Shown one piece after another: positions 11,301-20,541 of a stretch of 49,647 nt of DNA (position 1 is its first letter; each line of letters opens with the position of its first letter). The translations under genes and the position numbers were made by a program. The DNA lies in assembly GCA_009602735.1 (NCBI GenBank), contig WELA01001035.1, positions 88,751 through 138,397 of the forward strand, read 5' to 3'. This DNA comes from Mesotaenium endlicherianum. Its lineage: Eukaryota. The notes beneath the pieces were generated by a model. It ran no database searches. It worked only from the letters and a program-made list of their open reading frames with translations, and was not told where the DNA came from.

Positions 11301-12023
11301 ACAGCAGCGAAGAAAGCTCTACAACACGCGCAAGATGCTCAAGCAAGAGTGGCGAACAGATCCAGAAGAGAAATTACGTACAGAGTGGGTGACAACGTGT
11401 TACTATCATCCAAGAACATTTCCCTGAACAACAGGCCTGCCGGCAGCAAGTTCTCTCCCAAGTATTTGGGACCCTTCAAGATTATCCAGCAAGTCAACCC
11501 CGTTGCTTTCAAGCTAGAACTTCCCCAGACTATGCACATCGACCCCGTATTCCACGCTTCCCTCTTCAAGCCATATGTGCAACCCGACAACAAGTTCCCA
11601 GGACGTGTGACAACCCCACCAGCCCCAACAATAGTGGATGATCATTTGGAGTACGAAGTGGAAGACATAGTGGCTATGAGAAATTTCAGGAGACAGCAGC
11701 AATACTTGATCAAGTGGAAAGGATATCCAGATTCGGAGAATAGTTGGGTGGCGGCGCACTACCTTGACAAAGTTCAGAGAAAGTTGAAGCGCTTCCATGC
11801 CGCCAACCCCCATCTTGGACCAGCCCCAAGTCTCTCTACTAGAAGCCCAAAGACTTCAGGGAGGCAGCCTGCCACCATCAAGAAGCAGCAGAAGACCCCT
11901 TGGAGGCAGCCTGCAAGAACAAGAAAGAGGAAAATTGACATTAGACACTCTTCTCTTCTCACAGTTTCTGGACAGAAATTTAAAACTGCTACTGGTGATA
12001 GGTCTCTGCATAATAAATTCTGA
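8328..12023 (+). pseudogene. pol: Pol polyprotein (protease, RT, RNase H, integrase, chromodomain), interrupted
   Basis: Protease [38 protein letters not shown]. RNase H TDASS, TTTEREALA. Integrase HHCC, SMDL, SDRDPRF, DGQTER, GPF motif. Chromodomain YEVEDIV...YLIKWKGY...NSW. Lesions: TGA at 8883-8885, two frameshifts near 8995-9028, and a frame change across the Ns at 9618-9645. Confidence 0.93.
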
Positions 12024-12694
12024 AACTTTACCTGGCTGTAGTCCATAAGTAGCCGGTAATTTAGAGTCCAAGTTTGCTCAATTTGGAGCACTGGTGAGAG
12101 AGATATGATGCTCTAAGTAGAAGGGGGTCAAGCTGCTGGCATTGGTAGGGCAGAATATGCCTTCTGACATTGTGCCCTCCCCTGAACTTGGAAAGCTTTG
12201 AAACTCAAGACTTTGGTAGAACATCTTACAGCGCCCATTTTGAGACTTACTTTGCAGAATTTGGAGAAGTATAGAAGGACTTATGATTTTCAGAAGTTTC
12301 TGCACAGATTTGGAGGAGTGCCTACTCTCTCAGCTCTCAACGACACTCCAGAAATTAGAATGCTCTCAAATCTGGTGACCCGGTAGAGTTCTCCGACGCA
12401 GTTTGTGTGGCACTCGAATTTATAGATTTGGAGGAGTTTTGTGGACGCTATGAATTTTTGAATTTGTGGCAGATTCTGGGCCAACTTGTACAATTTTCTT
12501 TATCATTGAGGAGTAGGCTAGCCAATAAGGTCACACCACCTACGACCTTGCCTAATCTACCTTACATATGTAGCACCTGACTTGGCGCCTTGGACTAATC
12601 CTCTTCACATGTGTGGCATCTGACTTGAAGCTGTTGACTAGTCTGCTCCACATGTGTAAGACCTGACTTGACTCGCCGAGACGTCGCTTTTTTT

Positions 12695-12707
12695 GGCGGG
12701 GGGGTGA
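12695..12707 (+). promoter_or_regulatory. Polypurine tract
   Basis: GGCGGGGGGGTGA directly precedes the 3' LTR and follows a T run. Confidence 0.85.
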
Positions 12708-13209
12708 TGTAGTATTTGAGTTATTATATATTAGTTTGCATATATTTCAATGTTTTCAAATATATTTGGAGTAGTATTGTTTGGATTTAAGTGTGAATAG
12801 GTACTCTAGTGACTTGGTTCATGTCCTTTGAACCTTCCAAGGCATTTTCGAAGTTAGAGGAAAGACCTAGAAGAACTCCACGTGGCAAAAGTCAAATGTG
12901 CCATTTTTAGGTCAAAAGGACATGTGTACATTATTCTAGAAAGAGGTGGCAAGTTTTGGGATGTGTTGGGTGCCAACACATCAACATACACCTTCCTAGA
13001 AATTACTTATGTAGCAAGTATATAAACAGGAGCTAGAACATAGAAAGACATTCCAGAATCACTCTTGTACTTGCCAAAATCCAGAAATATATTAACTTTC
13101 AAGAAGCCATCTCTCTTTCAAGAAGCTACCACTTGTGTTCAAAGATCCTTGTCTTGAATAGATAAAGTATAATATTTCACTAAGTACTTCATCTATCTGT
13201 TTCACTACA
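12708..13209 (+). repeat. 3' LTR (502 bp)
   Basis: Copy of 6529-7031 running TGTAGT-ATTTG...TCACTACA. Confidence 0.97.
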
Positions 13210-13214
13210 AGCAG

Positions 13215-13480
13215 TCACCCTTGCACTCGGCCTTGTATTCCGCGTGGCTGGCAAAGGGCCGGCACCCCTGCTGCTGATGCTTAAACATTGAGGAGCCTCG
13301 CTTCAAGTAACAGGCACACTGTACCGTCACGGCGACAATTGTCCCGAGGCTCTTGAGCCCCACGACGGTCGCGGCTAGCATGCAGGACACGTGGAGCCTC
13401 CGCAGCTCGCGCATGCTGGTGAGGTCCACAATAACAGCGCCCTTCTCTGGGACAACACCGTGGCAAGAGCAGCATGCTCA
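13215..13480 (-). pseudogene. Distal fragment of the F-box/LRR-like pseudogene, lying between the two insertions
   Basis: Reads ACCSCHGVVPEKGAVIVDLTSMRELRRLHVSC... with an LRR-like LxxLxxLxV pattern and GC-rich coding style. The frame continues on the other side of the retrotransposon at 6528 toward about 6423. Confidence 0.5.
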
Positions 13481-14101
13481 TTTAAGGTTTTTTTTTTTTT
13501 TTTGGTGATATATTTCCTTGAAATGAACGTGAGAACTTTTGAGACAACAAGAACCCTCACAGATGGCAACCAAAGAAGCCTGGGTGAAATCCCACAGAGA
13601 TGTCGATCTTACTTATTGTGGGTATGCCTATAGACATGCACACTGAAGGAAATGCCTCACCTGGATCCGCTCACATGCTGCAACGTGCATGGTATCAAAA
13701 GATGTACAAGAAACATTCTAATTGTTGTGAATGAATTAACCTGAGTATGCATGTATACACATGTCTTTTCATGTACATCCATGAGGCACACAAAGATGAT
13801 GTATATATGTTTGTATAGTAGGAACCCGAGTCTCCTCAGCCTTCTCAAGCAAGGTGTTTCCTGGATGATATACATCTCTCTCATAAACCATAGAGAATGG
13901 TGACTGCTTGGTGGATCCTTGCATGCTGTTGTTGTAGGCAAACTCCAAAATCGGCAGCTTCTTGTTCCACTCTGAAAGGTCTTCCATAGTGAAACTCCTG
14001 AGCACCTCTTGTAGAGTTCTATTGTGCCTCTCACTCTGCCCGTCTGTCTGAGGATGATAGAAAGTGCTCATACTCAACCTGGTCCCTATCAAAGTAAACA
14101 A
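13481..14101 (-). mobile_element. Truncated fragment of a second Gypsy family (integrase core plus 3' sequence and poly(A))
   Basis: Minus-strand translation LFTLIGTRLSMSTFYHPQTDGQSERHNRTLQEVLRSF...LEFAYNNS...SPFSMVY aligns with the adjacent integrase but is clearly divergent. A16 tract at 13503-13488 lies on the same strand. Confidence 0.85.
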
Positions 14102-15886
14102 TGACAAACCGTCAGCGACGTGAGTCCCTCTGGCAGCAGCCCCCTCAGGTCGGGCCCGATCTAGCTCCATGTGCAAGGAGCACAGCGCGGGAGTGAGTGC
14201 GAACAAGTCCCGCTAGAAATCTGCCTGTTTAAAGATACAAATTAAGAGGTCCTCTAGGAGGGGCATGGATCACCGCATTGGGGGCAGTTGCTTGCAGCAC
14301 GGCACCAGCCGCCTCAAGCCAGATGCCAGCACCCCGTGGCGGGCCTCATATTCGTTCTCTAGGGGCTCGCTGACGCTCTCCGCCACGAGCTCCAACGACG
14401 TGAGCGTGCTGAGCCGCGCGATGGTGGCCACACCCGTGGGCCCCAGCCTCGTCTCAAATATCTGCAAGTGCAGCGCCTGCAGGGAGTGCATCCCGCAATA
14501 GTAGTGCAAGCCGCAGACGCGATGGTCTATGCTTTTTTTGTCGTCGTCATCTTCATAGTTGTCCTTCATCAGCTCCTTGTCGCCCTCCACCACTTTCAGG
14601 CTGGCAAAGGCCCGCAGCTTGCCCAGCCAGGGGGGCAGGTGGCGCGCTGTGCCACGTCGTGGAGGTCTAGGTGGAAATCTCAGATTTTGGGTAGCTGGCT
14701 CAGGGGCGCAGGCCCAGCCGAGGCACAATCCACGGTGGAATTGCATGGTCTGCTCCTGTAGATTGGCTAGGTTGCGGAATTCCAAGGCAGTCTGCTGCTT
14801 GTAGGTTTCCACCGCCTCTTGGATGTCGCGCCATGGGACCACGCCCGCACCGGCGTGGTTGCGTAAGGACAGCTTGAGTTGCTTGACTTTTTGGGCACAC
14901 TCTGCGCACGATAGGAACTCTCGCAAGCCTTCGAGGGCCTGCGGCCCTATGGAGACGTCGATGTCGAAGGTGTAGACTTCCATCATGGGAAACCTCTCCT
15001 CTGTGGCAAGCTCACGCAGCAACATTCTCTCAGGGCTGTCGTCTGTAGTGCCAAGCCGGAGACCGACACCTGCCACCCAAGAGAACGACCACAGCGCCTC
15101 GAGGACCTCCACGTCTGTAGCCCGCATTGCCACAAATAAGGCGAGGAGAGACACTCGCTCATCGCTCGCATTCACGACATTCCTCCACTGTTGGCTGACG
15201 ACCCTGTGGTTGACCTTATCCTGGGTGTCCATGACGTGGGAAGGGCGGCACGCCAGCTCAAGGATGCGGCCTAGTATGTCGTCCGACAGCGCCCTCTCCA
15301 GCAAGGGGGGTTGTTATTGGCGGCGGGGGCAACGGCGGTGGAGTTTGCGCAGCCGAAGAGCTGCACGCTCAGCCCTCCTCTCATACAATGTGAAGGAGGC
15401 GATGGTGTCGTCTATGGCTATGCGAGACTCACGTTCTCTCTGAATGTACATGTTTTGCAACGTGGTAACCAAATTGTTTGTCGCTAAATATGGCACTCCA
15501 TGCACCACACAATGCGTGACAATCGCTATAAGATCCAAAATAGAAGTCACCAGAAAGTTGTGGATGATGGCTTAGCTTCCCCCTGTATTTGCAATTATTT
15601 TTGAAGCTTTTTTGAGCGCAGCGTCGTCTTCCAAACAATGTCGTGTCTTTTGATATAATCGTGAAACTATGACGACGCTCATCACGATTTTGCACAGACA
15701 TTCTACGTATAGAAAAGTTTCTGAAAGGGGCTCGGGGCTCCCTTTCAGAATAGACTTCAAACCCTTGAGGTTTGTCATTTTAGTCGTTGCATTGAAACAA
15801 AGTAATATAGACCTCAAATGATTAAAGGAAATCTTCACTGTATTTTCTCTCCAAGTTTCGGCTAAGAAGTCTACAATAAGGTGCAC
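14102..15886 (-). pseudogene. Intronless F-box/LRR-like pseudogene
   Basis: F-box-like LERALSDDILGRILEL...VVSQQWRNVV and LRR-like units (LPPWLGKLRAFASLKV, IARLSTLTSLEL, MPLLEDLLI, TPALCSLHM). ORFs 15572-15886, 15314-15550, 14270-15304 and 13769-14206 share one frame, broken by stops at 15572, 15314, 14270 and 14213. Confidence 0.65.
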
Positions 15887-16720
15887 TCTCTAGGTGGTAT
15901 TTGTCCCGCGAATACCCTCTGTTGGTCTTTGTCTCAATTTGGTCCATCAACGAGAGAGGACGATTGTGAGAGAATCTGAAGAGGACTTGGAGAGAAGAGA
16001 TGCAATGAGGTCCAAAATGTACATGCTTGTACCGTGCAAAACTTCGTATACATCGTACTAATATGGACACGATGGTGGTAACGACAATCTTTCACATTAC
16101 TTCATCACAGATTTGAGGAGTCTCGACCAGTCTCGATGCTGGACTTTGGACCCCACTCAACTCGGTCTGACCCAGGGGGCGTATATTAGTCCTCTCTTAA
16201 TGTGGAAGAATTCGGATGGAATATATAGCGCCCAAAGTTCTAAAACTTGAATGGTGACCTTCCGATAAAATGTAGATTCAATTGCATTAAATCTAAGTTT
16301 GATGTCGCACGAAGAGAAAAGAATTTAGAAACGGGCTTTTATGCCCGCCTTTGTTCATAGAGATTACTTCTCTCTATTCTCTACTACAAAAATAAATAAT
16401 AGAATATATTTGCATATATCCTACTTTTACATATATCATATATGTTATACATAAGATGGATTACTTTCATGAATAGAAGTGTGACATCAAAGAACAACTA
16501 TATGCAATATATAGCAAACCAGAATGGAAAAATAAGAAATATAAATTTTATATTGGAAATTTCATGAAACGATCTATAACTTTAGCGACCAACATAAAAA
16601 CCGGGGGAAATGGCGCCTGTTTCCCCTCATACTCGTCCATGCTCATTGGTATAGACGAGGTTCGGGCCACAGATGTTTTCCCACGTGGACGATATCACTG
16701 GATCGTAACAGATTGTTGCA

Positions 16721-17652
16721 AGGCAAATTACAAAACTACCATGTTCAGCTGTGTTTATTGCAAAATCTACCATTACTTTCAAACTAATCACAAAATTACA
16801 ACTCGCACATGTATATAGACTCCACGTAGGCTTTACACAAATAAATGACGTGCCACACGAATTCGCACGAGACCCTACCTGACACACCACTTCTCTCTTT
16901 CGTTTCCAAAATCTTCCACCACCACTTTTCTAACTGACTCACCTTCACGAAACAAATTGCCCAAGGACGCCAAATTTTGGTCCACATGTATTTTTCACAC
17001 TTATTCTTGCGCCTTTATTTTCTTAACCCTGCTTGTTCACAGAATATATTCATCGCATTCCCTGCTATTCCATGTAGGAACAAAATCACAACAAACTAAT
17101 TGTAGCATAGCTAATTGAATCATAAGACTTCGTGGAGGATCAAGTGACTTCAAGAATGATTTAGAGCTGTTTCGATATAAGAGAGGACGACCTTAGAACC
17201 TAAACCCTTACTCGTTCCCGGAGCACTCATGGAGGTTTGCCTAACCCGCTGTCGTTAAGAGTCAAGACCCAACTATGGATTTTCGAATAGTCGTCTACAA
17301 ATTGGAGGCGCGGCGAAGGGGTTCAAACCCTTCAAAAGTTTAGAGCGCGGCATTGAAAGAAGAAAGTGAGGTAGCGAGAAGTGTGTCCACCCAAAATTTG
17401 GCGTCCTTGGGCAGTTTGGTTCGTGAAGGTGGGTCAATTAGAAAAGTGGTCGTGGAAGATTTTGGAAACGAGAGAGAGAAGTGGTGTGTCAGGTTGGGTC
17501 CCGTGCGAATTCGTGTGGCACATCATTTGTTTGCGTAAAGCCTACGTGGACTTCATTTACATGTGCGAGTGGTAGTTTTGTAATTAGACTAAAAGTAAAG
17601 TGGTAGAGCTTGCAATTAACAAAGCTGAAAGTGGTAGTTTTGTAGTTAGCCC
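16721..17652. mobile_element. Non-autonomous DNA transposon with long TIRs, Mutator-like (932 bp)
   Basis: Imperfect TIRs of about 260 bp (16721-16980 and 17391-17652) with internal AATTACAAAACTACCAC-like subrepeats. 8-bp TSD TTGTTGCA at 16713-16720 and 17653-17660. No transposase ORF. Confidence 0.88.
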
Positions 17653-18240
17653 TTGTTGCAGATGGTTGCAGATGTAAAGAATGAGAGCTAGGAGCCAAAG
17701 CTCGTATAGTCGACGAGCAGTCTGAATGGGGCGCTATCTCAGAGGACTCCTGAAATCATCGACACCGCTCGACACCGTTACTGACAGTCCCTATTCTCCA
17801 ACATTGCTTGGTAGGAGTTGACACATACATACTTGTCTTTGAGTACCTTCATATAGTGACACTTGTGGGGTGGTTTCGCAATGGCTGTCATTGGACTGAA
17901 AAAGATACAGCTCTACAAGAAGGCAAACTCCAGAGGACGATGCTGGCATAGCTGAGGCATGATCGAACTTCTAACGAAACGTCGAACACGAGTTAACCGT
18001 GAAAGCTAGACGAAGTTGGTTTTAATTAAGAACCTCTACCGACCAGTTCCTTAGACGTTCTTGTACTTCTTACCTTAACCTGACAAGACCACTGAGCATT
18101 GTTACGTGTGACCGAGTAGTCTGGCCGTTTTTCCTCATGCTGTCAATCTCTTCTATTGGGCGCCTGGAACCAGAGCGAAATAGGTAGCGGCCCATTCGCT
18201 TGCTGGGAATAGCGTGTCTGTGCGGATTTCTGTGGCATCA

Positions 18241-19945
18241 ATGACTATCAGGTTCATACTGCTAGTCAACAAGCAAGGGCAGACGCGTTTAGCTCAGTAC
18301 TATGAGTACATGAGCATAGAAGAACGCAGGGCACTTGAGGGCGAGATTGTGCGGAAGTGTCTGGCGAGATCTGACCAACAGGTCATCACTCGTCCTTGAT
18401 ATATTCCTGTAAAACTGCTCCTGGCACTTACCAAATACAAACAGCACTGTGATATCCAGCCAAACGAGCGTGCACCCGTACAATTACCTCAACGATATGC
18501 TATTATGGCTGTTGGTGCCCCATGAGGGATTTTCAACATCTCTGTGAGGAGGTTGATGAACTTTGTCTCAACATGTTGATGAGTTTACTTCTCACCTCTT
18601 TAGAATTGAGCTCTTAATGAAGTGGAAGTCAAATAGCGCACCAGAGAGAAAGAGGGTGCATGCCTGCGTATGCACCTTATTGATCAGTCAAAATTTTTGC
18701 AGTCACTATCCCATGGTCTGATACCCGTTTGATTTCCAAGGTGAACGTTAAGAGCAGTTTGTTCTCATTCGAAATACTATAGAAACCTTCAGCACCTGAG
18801 CTCACAAGTTGAAAATTAATAGTATATAAGAAGCTTGGCTTCCATTGGAGAAACTACTTTACAAGGAAGGAAAGTCTAGCTTAATGTTGAAGCTTGTCCT
18901 TAATGGTTGTATCGCATCATATGCTGACATCTTCGACTGCATGTAGGTACAGTTTCTTCTCACAGTTGTCTCGATCTCGTAACGTTCAGTACGTCGTTCG
19001 AAGTACACGTTTTTCATTTGTATGTACTCAGACTACCTGCTCCACTCTCGTCACTTGCTCCTATTGGTGGACTGAGATGTCTGTAACCTCTGTGTTAAAT
19101 TTAGTTTTTGGTTAACTGAAGAGATCCTTCTGTTCATTGTTTTTCCGTGGGCGTGGTCATCAGTGCTCGTTTGTTGAGCATAGGAACTACAAGGTCATAT
19201 ACAGGCGGTATGCATCCCTCTTCTTCTTGGTTGGAGTTGATGGAGACGAGGTACGTCGTTCAAAAGAATCAGAACCAAGATTTTTTCTGTTGTCACAATC
19301 CACTTAGGGGTGCTCCAGGACTTGATGAAGTTGTAGTGTCTGAATAATAAGCCTCCTCCCAGTTGTGCAGTCAAGGTCAAAGATGCCTAAGGACAGTCCT
19401 TTTTAGCTCACCAGATTCAATATTTTTTATTCTTGTCAGGAGGATCTGCAGCATTCTCTGCAGGTGCCATCACAACTTATTAATACCAGGCAATCAGTGT
19501 TCTTAAACAGGTAGACTAATGAATCTCAGATGTTGCTCTTTATGTGCAGAATGAACTAGCCATATTGGAGTTCATTCACTGTGTAGTGGAAACCATGGAC
19601 CGCTATTTCGGCAATGTGGTAAGAACGTGCGGCACATTATTTCTAAGTAGGCTCCAAGTGGCGCTCTGTAAGGTCTCTTATGCTTTCATGCTATTTCGAA
19701 TCAACTTTTTCCTATTGGTGTCTTGTTGAAAGCCTGCACATGAGCATTTTTTGAATTTGGTGAAGTGTTTGTGGTCTGTGCTAAGAACTTCCTCGTTTTT
19801 TGACATGCAGTGCGAGCTGGATATCATGTATCATCTTGAGAAGGCTCACTTCATGCTAGAAGAGATGGTCATGAATGGTTGTATAGTCGAGACCAATAAG
19901 ACGAATGTGCTGACGTTAATTCAGTTGATGGACAAGAATTCTTGA
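18241..19945 (+). CDS. AP4S1: AP-4 adaptor complex sigma subunit (143 aa, 4 exons)
   Basis: GT-AG exons 18241-18381, 19164-19250, 19550-19618 and 19811-19945 give MTIRFILLVNKQGQTRLAQYY...YRRYASLFFLVG...NELAILEFIH...CELDIMYHLEKAHFMLEEMVMNGCIVETNK. Confidence 0.96.
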
Positions 19946-20541
19946 TGGCAGCAGAACCCTCCCGCAGTTTTTGTGTTGGTATCCATCTTCGTACCTGAGT
20001 GTGTCATTAGTGATGTGCACTCACGCAAAACAGTTGGCTTTTCAAGACATATTAGCTATGTATGGCTTGAGATAGGAGTATTTCTGCTCACAAATTAGTG
20101 GTATAAAAATTTATCAGCTTAACGTAGGAGAAGTGGGGGGTACAAATGTAGTAAGTGATATAAGAGGGTTCAGCTCAATTTAAGCTCCGTGTCAATTTAA
20201 GCTCCATGAGCCTAATAAACTTTACGTGTGACATCTATGATGTTGAGACAGGATGAAGCGGCATACACATAGGCTCAATTCTGAGATTTGATATTTAGTT
20301 GTTAGTAGAGAACGGCACTTCAGAAATTTGACGTGTGTTGGTTGGTCATGTCTCCCAATGTTTAAATACCATCTCAAAACCTGACCCTTCCGTTTGTTTT
20401 TCTGGCTACAATAAAAGAATAGCTACCATGTACACAAAAAAAAGCCCCCCAGCAATGCAAGAGCCCACACCCCATGCAACAAACATGCACATGGCACATG
20501 ACATACTTTTTACTCAAATAAAGACTAATATTTAATCGACA

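Larger units (their letters stand above)
6529..13209 (+). mobile_element. Full-length Ty3/Gypsy LTR retrotransposon, chromovirus branch (6681 bp)
   Basis: Paired LTRs with TG...CA ends, iMet PBS, PPT and domain order gag-PR-RT-RH-IN-chromodomain. Flanks GGCAG (6524-6528) and AGCAG (13210-13214) match at 4 of 5 positions as a TSD. Confidence 0.98.

Noticed and set aside
12024..12560. Extra ORF (env-like or antisense) downstream of pol
   Set aside because: Only short ORFs (about 105 aa or less) with no motif or transmembrane pattern.
15314..15574. TAA-to-Gln recoding suggested by in-frame TAA in Q*Q and S*A contexts
   Set aside because: The first gene ends in TAA and CPN60B ends in TAG at its conserved terminus. 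The same frame also contains TGA and TAG stops, so pseudogene decay is the simpler explanation.
16627..17698. Similar short ORFs on opposite strands (KIWRPWA...)
   Set aside because: A by-product of the inverted repeats, not a gene pair.
16600..17745. Possible older outer TIR pair around the Mutator-like element, and a GGGGAAA/TTTCCCC hairpin at 16604-16626
   Set aside because: Similarity is short and gapped, there is no TSD, and no Helitron-type CTRR end follows the hairpin.
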